Positions 1 through 9,475 of a DNA stretch of 64,000 nucleotides are shown here, one piece after another. Source of the stretch: Vicinamibacteria bacterium (GTDB lineage: Bacteria; Acidobacteriota; Vicinamibacteria; Vicinamibacterales; JAENWD01). The position numbers and the translations under genes were made by a program. The stretch covers positions 69,633-133,632 of the forward strand of contig CAVOPA010000018.1 in NCBI GenBank assembly GCA_963697705.1, written 5' to 3'. The notes beneath the pieces are model-generated. The model worked only from the letters and a program-made list of their open reading frames with translations. It was not told where the DNA came from and made no database searches. The first letter of the stretch is position 1. The number at the start of each line of letters is the position of its first letter.

Positions 1-767
1 CGGGCACCTCGGGCTTCTGCGCGAGCGCCAGCGTGTCGGTTTTGTAGTTTTCCGTCCCGAGCGCCTGGTAGATCGTGCTGTAGCCGTCACGCGCGCTCGC
101 CGCGGTGTCGTGCTCGCCGTGGCCCTGCAGGAAGTAGACGGTCCGCTGGGCACCGCTCAGCACCTTGATCAGCGTGTTGGTGAGCTGCTGCTCGTCGGTG
201 CCCACCACCGTCTCGGTGCGGTCCTTGTAGTTGAAGACCACCGTCCCGTACGACTGGATCTTGTATTGGTTGGCGCGCACCGGATCCTTGTCCGGGCTGA
301 TGTACTCGACCCTCAGCTTTCGGTTCGAGAGGTATTCATACTCGTCGAGGCGATCCCTGAACGAGTCGAACTGGGTGGGCTTGTCGAACACCAGCACCTT
401 CACGGGCGCATCCAGCTTCTGCAGGATGTTGCGGGTCTGGTCCGCCATGCTGAACTGCTTGCCCGCGGTCAGGTCCCACCGGTGGTTGCGCCGCGACGCG
501 AGGTAGTTGACGGCCACGAGGATTCCGAGGATCAGCACCACGCTCGTGGCCGCGATCGTGCCCAGCCGCGTCTGCCGGCCCTCGAAGGCCTGCGACACCT
601 CGCGCCACTGCGATGCCATGTAGAGCAGCACCAGCACCAGGCCCGCCATCGCGGCATACCAGGAGGTACTGGACCCATTCCGGCTTCACTGTCTGGAACC
701 GAAGCGCGAGAGCGACGACGACGACGGCGGTCCCGACCCAGCCGAGGAAATTGACGACCTTGTTCAT
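1..767 (-). CDS. GldG-like ABC-transporter auxiliary membrane protein, N-terminal ~255 codons (gene runs off the window at position 1); reading frame switches once near 659-668
   Basis: ATG 765-767 sits 5 nt after the stop of the upstream permease. MNKVVNFLGWVGTAVVVVALALRF..PEWVQY is in one frame; YAAMAGLVLVLLYMASQWREV..VAVNYLASRRNHRWDLTAGKQFS..TVYFLQGHGEHD continues in the adjacent frame. Third gene of a gldA/gldF/gldG-type operon. Confidence 0.75.
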
Positions 768-771
768 CGCA

Positions 772-1539
772 TTACCCGCGCCACCGCTCGGTGTCCACCG
801 ACCGCGCGGTCAGGAACAGCCCGAAGGTGATGAAGCTGACGTAGTAGACGAGGTGCTTGGTGTCGATGACGCCCTTGATGAAGTCCTCGAGGTGGCCGGT
901 CATCGACAGGTACTTGAACACGGCCTCACCCGTCGGACCGAACGACGGGCCGATCCAGTCGATGATCCAGAGCAGCAGGAACACCGCAAACGTCGCCGCG
1001 CCGGCCACGATCTGGTTCTTCGTCAGGCTCGAGATGAACAGCCCGAGCGAAATGAACGAGGCGCCGAAGAGCAGCAGGCCCAGATAGGCGGTCGCCAGCG
1101 GCTTCCATTCAGGCCGCCCGAAAACGAAGAGGAGGCCGAAGTGAATCACCGTCACGCCGAGCATCACGCCATAGAGGGCGAGTGCACCGATGAACTTCCC
1201 AAGGATGATCTCCATGTCGGTGATCGGCGAGGTGAGCAGCAGCTCCATCGTGCCCGAGCGCTTCTCTTCTGAGTAGGTGCGCATCGTGATCATCGGGATG
1301 AGCAGCAGGAAGACGACCGCCATGTTCATCCACAAGGGCCGGATCATCTGCTGGTTGATGTTCAGGTTCTGCGGTCCCGTGCCCATGCCCATCTGCGTGC
1401 CCTGCTGGACGAACCAGTTCAGGACGCCGGCGTACATCAGGCCGAACACGAGGGCGAAGAACCCGATTACCACGTAGGCAATCGGCGAGGCGAAGTAGGA
1501 CCGCAGCTCGCGGCCGGCAATCGCCATGACGTTACGCAT
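772..1539 (-). CDS. ABC-2 type transporter permease (GldF-like)
   Basis: 255-aa ORF with about six hydrophobic spans and an ABC-2 family look (SGTMELLLTSPI). Its start overlaps the ATPase stop by 8 nt. Confidence 0.85.
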   Translation of the reverse strand: MRNVMAIAGRELRSYFASPIAYVVIGFFALVFGLMYAGVLNWFVQQGTQMGMGTGPQNLNINQQMIRPLWMNMAVVFLLLIPMITMRTYSEEKRSGTMELLLTSPITDMEIILGKFIGALALYGVMLGVTVIHFGLLFVFGRPEWKPLATAYLGLLLFGASFISLGLFISSLTKNQIVAGAATFAVFLLLWIIDWIGPSFGPTGEAVFKYLSMTGHLEDFIKGVIDTKHLVYYVSFITFGLFLTARSVDTERWRG

Positions 1540-2488
1540 GCGCTTCCTCCACGGGCTGCTCCTCGGTCGTCAACGACAGGAACACTTGTTCGAGGCTCAT
1601 CCGAACCGGCCGCAACTCGAGCAGCCCGAAGCCGCTGCCGACCACCGCGCGCGCGAGGTCGCGGCGCACGTCGCGGCCGGGCTCGCTGTCGATCTCGTAG
1701 TTCGCATGATGCTCGTGGGCGTCGGAGAGCTGGACACGAACGACGCCGGGCACCCGCTGGAGGGCGCCGGTGACCTGCGCCGGGTCGCCGTCCACCTGCA
1801 CCAGCAACGATTCCGATCCGCGGAGCCGAGCGGTGAGGTTGCCCGGGGTATCAACAGCCACCACCTTGCCCTTGTTGATAATCACGACCCGCTGGCATGT
1901 CTGGGCCACCTCCGGAAGGATATGCGTGCTCAGCACGATGGTGTGATCACCGGCGAGCTCCTTCACGAGGCGGCGTGTCTCGATGATCTGCTTCGGGTCG
2001 AGGCCGGCCGTGGGCTCGTCGAGAATCAGGACGTCCGGGTTGTGAATCAGCGCCTGCGCGAGACCGACGCGCTGCCGGTAGCCCTTCGAGAGCTTGCCGC
2101 AGGCACGGTTCACCATGTCAGCCACGTAGGTCTTCCGCATCACCTGATCGATGCGGGCCTTCCGTTCCTTTGCCGCGACGCCCTTGATCTTCGCGACGAA
2201 GGTCAGGTACTCGCCGACCGTCATGTCGGGGTAGAGCGGCGGGGTTTCAGGCAGGTATCCGGTGCGGCGCTTGGCCTCGAGCGGCTGATCGAACACGTCG
2301 TGCCCGGCCACGACGGCCTTTCCTTTGGTGGCCGGGATGTACCCCGTCAGCACGCGCATGGTTGTAGTCTTGCCGGCGCCGTTCGGCCCAAGGAAGCCGA
2401 GGATTTCGCCCCGTTCCACCTTGAAGCTGACATCGTCGACGGCGGTGAAGGTGCCGTAGCGTTTCGTGAGGTGCTGGACCTCGATCAC
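1532..2488 (-). CDS. ABC transporter ATP-binding protein (GldA-like)
   Basis: GTG 2486-2488 preceded by GGAG. Walker A GPNGAGKTT, signature LSKGYRQRV, Walker B VLILDEPTAGLD. The 54 extra N-terminal codons of the track ORF are Arg/Pro/Ser-rich and look non-coding. Confidence 0.9.
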   Translation of the reverse strand: MIEVQHLTKRYGTFTAVDDVSFKVERGEILGFLGPNGAGKTTTMRVLTGYIPATKGKAVVAGHDVFDQPLEAKRRTGYLPETPPLYPDMTVGEYLTFVAKIKGVAAKERKARIDQVMRKTYVADMVNRACGKLSKGYRQRVGLAQALIHNPDVLILDEPTAGLDPKQIIETRRLVKELAGDHTIVLSTHILPEVAQTCQRVVIINKGKVVAVDTPGNLTARLRGSESLLVQVDGDPAQVTGALQRVPGVVRVQLSDAHEHHANYEIDSEPGRDVRRDLARAVVGSGFGLLELRPVRMSLEQVFLSLTTEEQPVEEAHA

Positions 2489-2799
2489 TGGTGACTCCGC
2501 TGTTGAAACTGGTACACGAACTCTGCCGGGCCTCTGGCCCGGAGCCGCTGAACACACCGCTGACCGCCTCGATCCGCGGGCCGGCGCCGACCAGGAGCGT
2601 AACCGTGGGGGTGAGCTGTAGGCAGCGCCGCGGCGCCGGAACGCAGCCACCGATCGTAAACGAATGGGTCAAACGCCGGCAAGAGCCACTATTCCCGGCA
2701 TATCTGACGATGGGGGCGCCCCGATGGTCTGCCGGCGCTGCGCTGCCGCTCGACTGCGCGCGCGGCGTCCCCAGTTACAATGGCGGGTCTGGAGGACTG

Positions 2800-3264
2800 A
2801 TGCCTGTAGAAGTTGGATCGAAAGCCCCCGATTTTACCCTGCCGAACCAGGACCGCGAGCCTGTGACCCTTTCCGCGCAGCGCGGCAAGCACGTCGTGCT
2901 CGCGTTTTTCCCGGCGGCGTTTACCGGCGTGTGCACCAAGGAACTCTGCACCTTTCGCGACAGCCTCGCCCAGCTGAACGAGGCGAACGCCACGGTGTTC
3001 GGCATCAGCGCCGACACGCCGTTCGCGCTCAAGGAGTTCGCGAACCAGCAGCGCCTGAACTTCCCGTTGTTGAGCGATTTCAACCGAACGGCCATCGACG
3101 CGTACGAAGTGGCCAACCCGGACATGGGCGGCCTGAAAGGCATCTCCAAACGGGCGGTGTTCGTCGTCGACAGCGGCGGCGTCGTGCGACACAAGGAGAT
3201 CACGGCCAACCCCGGCGTGGAACCGGATTACGCGAAGGTCCACGCCGCAATCGCGGCGCTCTAA
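2800..3264 (+). CDS. AhpC/TSA-family peroxiredoxin (AhpE/Bcp-like)
   Basis: ATG 2800 preceded by GGAGG. GSKAPDFTLP..VVLAFFPAAFTGVCTKELC peroxidatic-Cys motif. 154 aa. Confidence 0.9.
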   Translation: MPVEVGSKAPDFTLPNQDREPVTLSAQRGKHVVLAFFPAAFTGVCTKELCTFRDSLAQLNEANATVFGISADTPFALKEFANQQRLNFPLLSDFNRTAIDAYEVANPDMGGLKGISKRAVFVVDSGGVVRHKEITANPGVEPDYAKVHAAIAAL

Positions 3265-3299
3265 AGGGCTAACGGCTAGGGGCCAAAGGCTAAGGTCGG
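3265..3299. repeat. Degenerate heptamer tract (AGGGCTA ACGGCTA GGGGCCA AAGGCTA AGGTCGG) directly after the prx stop
   Basis: 7-nt periodicity read directly. Same GGGCTA-type unit family as at 10677-10782, 15236-15263 and 29614-29700. Confidence 0.6.
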
Positions 3300-3506
3300 G
3301 GCGACAGACCGGTCGGCGCTCATTCACCTGAGCCTTGGCCTATCTATGCTCTTCGAGGTAGAGCCTTCATCCTCTGCCCAGTCCACGGCGGCCTCTCGTC
3401 GGCTGTGACCTCGAGACTTCTGGCCTCGACCGTCAGCGCTCGCCCGGATGCCGCCTCTGGCCTCTACCCTTTTACGCATTGGCCTCTGGCTACTCGCCCC
3501 TCCGCC

Positions 3507-5649
3507 TCAGCTTGTCCGCAGCAGGCGGAGGCCGTTGGCGACGACGAGCAGGGATGCGCCTGTATCGGCGACGATGGCCATCCACAGCGTGGCGTGGCCG
3601 GTCACCGCGAGCGCCGAGAAACACTGCTTTGAGCAGCAACGACACCGCCACGTTGGTCTTGATGTTGCGCAGCGTGGCCCGGCTGAGGCGAAGCGCGAAG
3701 GGGATCTTCGATAGATCGTCGCCCATCAGCGCGATGTCGGCTGTCTCGAGGGCGGCGTCGGTGCCGGCGGCTCCCATGGCGATCCCCACGTCGGCGGCGG
3801 CAAGCGCCGGCGCGTCGTTCACGCCGTCGCCGACCATCGCCACGACTCCATGCCGCGCCTTGAGCTCACGAACCGCGTCGACCTTGTCGTGCGGCAGCAG
3901 CTCCGCCTGAAGGTCAGTGATTCCGACGGCACGGGCCACCGCAGACGCGGCGCCCCCATGATCGCCCGTCAGCATCACGATCTGGCGGAGACCGTGGCCG
4001 CGGAGCAGGTCCATGACGTCGCGCGCCGCCTCGCGCGGGCGGTCCGCGACCGTGATCATCCCGGCGATCGCTCCGTCCCACGCCAGGAGCACAGGCGTGG
4101 CATGGCCGTTGGCGCTGGCTAACACCGCGGACCTCGTGGACGCGGACAGCAACCGGCGCTCCTCGAACAGCCGCAGGTTGCCAATCAAGGCCGGTCGACC
4201 ATCCAGCAGCGCCTCGGCCCCGAGCCCCGGCAGCGCACGGAACCGCTCGACCGAGACTATGGGAGCGGCGTGGACCTTCGCGTGCTGCACGATCGCGGCG
4301 GCAATCGGGTGCTCCGATCGCGATTCGAGCGCCGCCGCGAGGCCCAGGAGCCGCAACTCGCGCATGCCGTCGAATGGCGTAACGCCCACGACGGCGGGCT
4401 CGCCGCGGGTCAGGGTGCCCGTCTTGTCGAACGCGATGGCGCGGATCGTGGCGAGGCGCTCGAGGTGAATGCCGCCCTTGACGAGCACCCCCTGCCTGGC
4501 CGCGGCCGCCAGGGCCGAGACAATCGAGACCGGCGTCGAGATCACCAGTGCACACGGGCAGGAGATGACCAGCAGCACGAGGGCGCGATACAGCCACTCG
4601 GCCGCGTGCGCGTGGAAGACCAGCGGTGGTATCACGGCGACGCCGACGGCAATCGCGATCACCGCCGGGGTGTAGTAGGCAGCAAATCGCTCGACAAACG
4701 CCTGGGACGGCGCGCGCTGCGCTTGCGCACGATCGACGAGGTGAATGATGCGCGCGAGCGTCGTGTCGCGCCGCAGCCGCGTGACGCGCATCTCGAGCGC
4801 CCCGCGGCCGTTGATCGTGCCGGCAAACAGCTCGGTCCCAGCGTGCTTGTCGACCGGCAGCGACTCCCCCGTGATCGGCGCCTGGTTCACGTCGCTGCTG
4901 CCGGATGTGACCGTGCCATCGAGCGGCACCTTTGCACCGGGCCGGATTCGCAGCACGTCTCCGATCATGACGCTGTCCACCGGTAGGCGGCGCTCGTCTT
5001 TCCCGCGTACGACCAGCGCGTCGGGCGGGGTGAGGTCCATGAGGGCACGGACAGCGTGACGTGCGCGGTCCATGCTGCGCGATTCGAGGTACTGGGCGGC
5101 GGCAAAAAGGAAGATGACGGTTGCCGCCTCGGACCACTCGCCGATGGCGACCGCCCCGACGACCGCTATCGTCATCAGCACGTGAATGTCGAGCGTCCGC
5201 GCGCGAACCGACGCAATCGCGCGCCGTGCCGGAAACACGCCACCCGTCAGTACGGAGGCGACGCACGCTGCGACGGAGACGGCCGGCGGCGCCAGCTGCA
5301 GCCAGTGCAGGGTGAGTCCGGCGGCGAGGCTCGCACCCGAGGCCACCAGCAGCCGCTGCCGGGCAAACGACGTCCCGACGATGTGCGGCTGCTCGTGTTC
5401 GAGCCACGCCCGCATCCCCGTGTCGGCGACGGCGTCGGTGATGGTGGCCGTGGACAGCCGCGCGGCGTCGTACGTGACCAGCAGCCGGCCGCCGAGGACG
5501 TCGGCCGACATCGCCTCGAGCCCGGTAAGGTGCTTGAGGCGCCGCTCGAGGATCGCGACCTCCTCGTGACAATCCATCCCGTCGATCTTGAAGACCGATT
5601 CGGCGTGCACCTCGCACACACCGCACGCCGCCGGCGCGGGTGCGCTCAT
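3507..5649 (-). CDS. Heavy-metal (Cd/Zn/Pb-type) translocating P1B-type ATPase; 1-nt frame disruption near 3611-3618 just before the last TM helix
   Basis: N-terminal HMA domain (KIDGMDCHEEV), TGES, SCPCALVISTP, DKTGTLT, GDGVNDAPAL. After ..LLLKAVFLG the track frame becomes Arg-rich junk ending at 3490. The adjacent frame reads LAVTGHATLWMAIVADTGASLLVVANGLRLLRTS with its stop at 3507-3509. Confidence 0.9.
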
Positions 5650-6080
5650 CGGCCAGCTCCGGACAGCCCATCCCGCCGCGACGCCGGCATGGCTTCCTCG
5701 ACGTGTTCCAGCCCCTGCGCGAAAAGCCGCGTGATATGCGCGTCGTCGAGGGCGTAGAAGACCATTCGGCCCGCCCGGCGCGAGCGAACCAGCCGGAGAC
5801 TTCTGAGCAGCCGCAGCTGGTGCGACACGGCCGACTCGGTCAGTGACAACAGGGTGGCGATGTCACAGACACAGAGTTCGGCGCGCGACAGGGCATCGAG
5901 GATGCGGACGCGGGTGGGGTCGCCGAGCGCTCGAAACGTCTCGGCCAGCGTTCCGGCCAGCGCCGGCGGGATGATCGCTCCCCGCACCTCGCGCATCTGC
6001 TCGGTGCTGGCGTGGAAGACGTCGCAGGTCGCGTCCTCGGCAACGGGTGAGCTGGTTAGGTCGAGTGTAGGCTTTGTCAC
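5646..6080 (-). CDS. ArsR/SmtB-family metalloregulator (CadC/CzrA-like)
   Basis: ELCVCDIATLLSLTESAVSHQLRLLRSLRLV wHTH with metal-site Cys pair. GTG start 6078-6080. 4-nt overlap with the ATPase start. Confidence 0.9.
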   Translation of the reverse strand: MTKPTLDLTSSPVAEDATCDVFHASTEQMREVRGAIIPPALAGTLAETFRALGDPTRVRILDALSRAELCVCDIATLLSLTESAVSHQLRLLRSLRLVRSRRAGRMVFYALDDAHITRLFAQGLEHVEEAMPASRRDGLSGAGR

Positions 6081-6094
6081 GACACCTGAGCGAG

Positions 6095-6108
6095 TGTTCA
6101 GATGTTCA
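6095..6108 (-). promoter_or_regulatory. Candidate ArsR operator/promoter region: TGTTCA-GA-TGTTCA in an AT-rich patch 15-30 nt upstream of the arsR start
   Basis: Tandem TGTTCA at 6095-6100 and 6103-6108, next to TAATAT (minus strand). This is the only low-GC patch in the 76-nt intergenic gap. Confidence 0.35.
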
Positions 6109-6156
6109 TATTACAGTAAACGGGTCCATTTGCGCAGCCAACCGGCTTTTGCCTGT

Positions 6157-7464
6157 TCATTCCGGGCGTTGTTTCGAGATGAACACGCGGGCCACGCGGA
6201 GGCCGTCGAGCGCCTCCACCCGCATGGTGCGTCCCTCCACCTCGACGCGGTCGCCGAGGCGTGCCCGCCGGCCGAGACGCCCGAGGACGTACCCGCCGAG
6301 CGTGTTGTAGACGTCCTCGTCGACGTGGAGCCCGAACTGGGCGTTGATGTCCGTCACGAGCGCCAGGCCGTCCACGAGCGCAGAGCCGTCGGCGAGCACG
6401 GTGATGCGAGCGGCCGAGCCCTCCTTGCCGAGCGATCCGACGATGCGCTCCATCAGCCCCGCGAACGTCACCAGGCCGGCCGTCCCGCCGTACTCGTCGA
6501 TCACGATCGCGAGCGGCGTATTCCGCGCCCGCATCTCCCCGAGCAGCGTGTCGGCCGGCATCGTTTCCGGCACCGTGTAGGCCTCGCGCGCGAGTGCCGC
6601 CACATCGACGGGCCCGCCGCGGGCGAGCACAAGGACGAGATCGACGAGGTGGAGCACGCCGACGATGTTGTCGAGGTCCTTGCGATACACGGGATAGCGA
6701 TCGTGCGCGCCGCGCGCGACGGCCTGCAGCACGGCGTCGATCGGCGCGTCGTCTGCGACCGCCACCATCTCGGTCCGAGGAACCATCACCTGCCCCGCGG
6801 TCAGGTCGGCGAAGCCGAAGACGCGGTGCAGCATCTGCTCTTCGTCTTCCTCGATTACGCCGGCTTCCTGGCTGGCGGTCACGAGCATCTTCAGCTCTTC
6901 TTCGGAGTGCACGAGGGAGTGCCCGCTCGGCCCGCGCATGCCGAACGCGCGCACGACGGTGCGCCCCATGCCGTTCAGAAGGCTGATGAAAGGCCAGAAG
7001 ACCCGCATGAACAGCTCGGTGGGCCGCGCCACGACGAGCGAGGTCCGCTCGGGGTGTTGCAGGGCAACCGTCTTCGGCGCGAGCTCGCCGAGCACGATGT
7101 GAAGCGCGGTGATCACGGCAAACGCGACAGTGAAGGCGATCGAGTGGGACGTGGCCACCGCCACGCGGTCGCCGAGGACCCTGAAGGCGGGTTCAATGAC
7201 GGTTGCGAGTGCCGGCTCGCCGATCCACCCGAGCCCGAGGCTCGTCATCGTGATGCCGAGCTGCGTCGCCGCGATGTAGCTGTCGGGGTCCGCGAGCGCG
7301 CGCCGGACGACGCGCGCCGTGGCGCTGCCCTCGGCGATGAGCTGATCGATGCGTGTCCTCCGCACGGTCACGAGCGAGAACTCGGCCGCCACGAAGAACC
7401 CGTTCGCCAACACGAGCACCAGGATGGCAAGCAGACCGACGAACACGTGCGACACGTCCGGCAT
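6157..7464 (-). CDS. CNNM/TlyC-family hemolysin-like protein (DUF21 + CBS pair + CorC_HlyC)
   Basis: 435 aa. N-terminal 4-TM DUF21, central CBS-pair region, C-terminal ..GGYVLGRLGRRARLGDRVEVEG..VEALDGLRV transporter-associated domain. Confidence 0.9.
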   Translation of the reverse strand: MPDVSHVFVGLLAILVLVLANGFFVAAEFSLVTVRRTRIDQLIAEGSATARVVRRALADPDSYIAATQLGITMTSLGLGWIGEPALATVIEPAFRVLGDRVAVATSHSIAFTVAFAVITALHIVLGELAPKTVALQHPERTSLVVARPTELFMRVFWPFISLLNGMGRTVVRAFGMRGPSGHSLVHSEEELKMLVTASQEAGVIEEDEEQMLHRVFGFADLTAGQVMVPRTEMVAVADDAPIDAVLQAVARGAHDRYPVYRKDLDNIVGVLHLVDLVLVLARGGPVDVAALAREAYTVPETMPADTLLGEMRARNTPLAIVIDEYGGTAGLVTFAGLMERIVGSLGKEGSAARITVLADGSALVDGLALVTDINAQFGLHVDEDVYNTLGGYVLGRLGRRARLGDRVEVEGRTMRVEALDGLRVARVFISKQRPE

Positions 7465-7526
7465 ACGACCCCCGTGGCGGGACTGTACCGGACTGCCCTG
7501 TGCCGGGCAAGCCGCTCGCGGAGCCG

Positions 7527-8246
7527 TCAGGCCCTGCGATTGGTGAAGAAATGCGCGTCGACGAACTCGTTGATCGCCTGCTGATCGGCGGGCGCCACAC
7601 GTTCGAACTGCAGGCCCATGCCGACGCGACGGTCGGTCCAGGCAACGCGGGCGTCGATGTCCATGTCGGTCGTGCCGCCCGGCAGGCGGAGCCGCAGGCG
7701 CACCTTGGCGTCGCTTTCGAGGGGGGTCGTCGTGCGGATCGCGACGCCGCCGCGGCTCAGCGTCAGGGTGAGGGCCGCGGCAATGGTGTTGCCGAAGCGA
7801 TAGGAGATGGGGATGCCGAGCGTGACCCGGGGGCTGCCCCGGCGATTGAAGCTGTCGGGGAACAGGTGCGGGGCGAGCGCCGGCAGCACGTTCTGTCCGG
7901 CGCTGTACTCGTTGACGTACCCCGCGATACCGAGCGCTGCCAGGTCGCGGACCTCGCCGGCACTCGTAATCGTGCCGCTGAAGACCACGACGGGCAGGCG
8001 TCCTTCGTCGATCTTCCGCACCTCGCGCACGAGCGCGGGTCCGGAGGTGTGTGGGAGCCGCAGGTCGAGCAGCACCAGGTCGATGCGCTCGAGGTCGGTC
8101 CTCAGCCGGGCCAGCAGCTCGGTCGCGGTCCTCACGGTGATCGCTCGGTGGCCTGCCTCCTCGAGCGCCGCTTTGAAGCGGTCGCGCACGAACGCCGTGT
8201 CGTCGGCGATGAGCACCGTCTTCGCCGCGCCTGCCGCTGGACTCAT
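7527..8246 (-). CDS. Response regulator receiver domain fused to a C-terminal PilZ domain
   Basis: VLIADD..DLVLLDLRLP..VVVFSG receiver motifs. The C-terminal half has RRGSPR (RxxxR) and LTLSRGG (xxSxxG) PilZ signatures. Confidence 0.85.
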   Translation of the reverse strand: MSPAAGAAKTVLIADDTAFVRDRFKAALEEAGHRAITVRTATELLARLRTDLERIDLVLLDLRLPHTSGPALVREVRKIDEGRLPVVVFSGTITSAGEVRDLAALGIAGYVNEYSAGQNVLPALAPHLFPDSFNRRGSPRVTLGIPISYRFGNTIAAALTLTLSRGGVAIRTTTPLESDAKVRLRLRLPGGTTDMDIDARVAWTDRRVGMGLQFERVAPADQQAINEFVDAHFFTNRRA

Positions 8247-8289
8247 CGTTTCCTATATCGGCCCGTTCCGCCGGCGGCGGTAGGTTGCG

Positions 8290-8319
8290 TTGCGTGTCTC
8301 CGGAGCTTGTCGCTATAAT
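8290..8319 (+). promoter_or_regulatory. Sigma70-like promoter candidate for the lysW-like/larE-like pair
   Basis: TTGCGT (8290-8295), 18-nt spacer, TATAAT (8314-8319), about 85 nt upstream of the ATG at 8406. Confidence 0.45.
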
Positions 8320-8405
8320 CCGAACGCTGCTGAGGAATTCTGTTCGATCGACGCGCCGACCGACTGCTTCGGCAGGAGCGCCGCGGCCGTTTCCAAGGAT
8401 TGTTC

Positions 8406-8654
8406 ATGGCGACCTGTCCCGAGTGTGATGCCGACCTCGATGTAGACGAATACGACGTCGACAAGGGGGATCTCCTGAGTTGCCCCGAGTGCGGCTCGAA
8501 CCTTGAAGTGGTCAGCGTCACGCCGCTCGAAATCGAGGCGGCCCAGGAAGACGACGACGACGACGAGGATGACGACGACGTCGAAGACGACGCCGCCGAG
8601 GATGAGGACGACGACGAGGAAGAAGAGGAAGAGGCAGAGGACTGGGACCAGTGA
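8406..8654 (+). CDS. LysW/ArgW-type zinc-ribbon amino-group carrier-like protein with a long polyacidic insert
   Basis: AAGGA 6 nt before ATG 8406 (the track ORF starts at TTG 8400). CPEC..CPEC, LEVVSVTPLEIE, more than 30 D/E in a row, C-terminus EAEDWDQ. Confidence 0.7.
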   Translation: MATCPECDADLDVDEYDVDKGDLLSCPECGSNLEVVSVTPLEIEAAQEDDDDDEDDDDVEDDAAEDEDDDEEEEEEAEDWDQ

Positions 8655-9475
8655 GTGACCTGCTGACCGCCAAAGAGGCCCAGCTGCGCGACATACTCGG
8701 CGCGATGCCCTCGATCCTCGTGGCCTACAGCGGCGGGGTCGATAGCGCGTACCTGGCGTACGCCGCTACAGCGGCGCGACCGGAGGCAGTGCTCTGCGTC
8801 ACGGCCGACAGCCCCAGCTACCCGCGCCGGCACCGCGACCTCGCGGTTCGCATTGCAGCCGAGTTTCATTTTCAGCACGAGATCATCCACACGTCCGAGA
8901 TGGAGCGGCCCGAGTACCGCGCCAACCCGGCAAACCGCTGCTACTTCTGCAAGCACGAGCTCTTCACGCACCTCGCCGCGATCGCAGCAGAGCGGGATAT
9001 CGCGGTGATCGTGGACGGCAACAACGCCGACGACCGCGGCGACTACCGTCCCGGCCGCCAGGCCGCGCGGGAGTTCCGGGTGCGAAGCCCGCTCGACGAG
9101 GCAGGGCTCACGAAGACCGAGATCCGTGAGCTGTCGCATACCGCGGGGCTGCCGACCTGGGACGAGCCGGCCTCGGCGTGTCTCTCTTCGCGCATCCCGT
9201 ACTCGAGCGAGGTCACTGAACCGAAGCTGCAGATGGTGGAGCGCGCCGAAGAAGCGCTCCGCGCGCTCGGCTTCCGCGTCTGCCGCGTACGGCATCACGA
9301 GACGCTCGCCCGGCTGGAGATCAGCCGCGAAGAGATGCCGCGGGCGTTGGAGCCTGAGACGAACGCTGCGATCATCCGCGAGCTCAAGGCCGCAGGTTAC
9401 AAGTACGTCAGCCTCGACCTCCAGGGCTATCGCACGGGCAGCCTCAACGAGGTGCTCGTGCTGACGCCGGCCTGA
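8651..9475 (+). CDS. LarE-type PP-loop ATP pyrophosphatase (TIGR00268-like, adenine nucleotide alpha hydrolase)
   Basis: VAYSGGVDSAYLAY PP-loop, NRCYFCK, ASACLSSRIPY (LarE-type Cys). GTG 8651 overlaps the TGA of the preceding gene. Confidence 0.85.
   Translation: MSDLLTAKEAQLRDILGAMPSILVAYSGGVDSAYLAYAATAARPEAVLCVTADSPSYPRRHRDLAVRIAAEFHFQHEIIHTSEMERPEYRANPANRCYFCKHELFTHLAAIAAERDIAVIVDGNNADDRGDYRPGRQAAREFRVRSPLDEAGLTKTEIRELSHTAGLPTWDEPASACLSSRIPYSSEVTEPKLQMVERAEEALRALGFRVCRVRHHETLARLEISREEMPRALEPETNAAIIRELKAAGYKYVSLDLQGYRTGSLNEVLVLTPA

Noticed and set aside
2489-2650. N-terminal extension of the ABC ATPase ORF; similar extensions exist for the truA, dxr, tolC, GT4, eda, osmC, atpB and VWA ORFs
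   Set aside because: In each case a start codon with an SD or an operon-junction overlap sits at the point where family-typical sequence begins. The upstream codons are compositionally non-coding.
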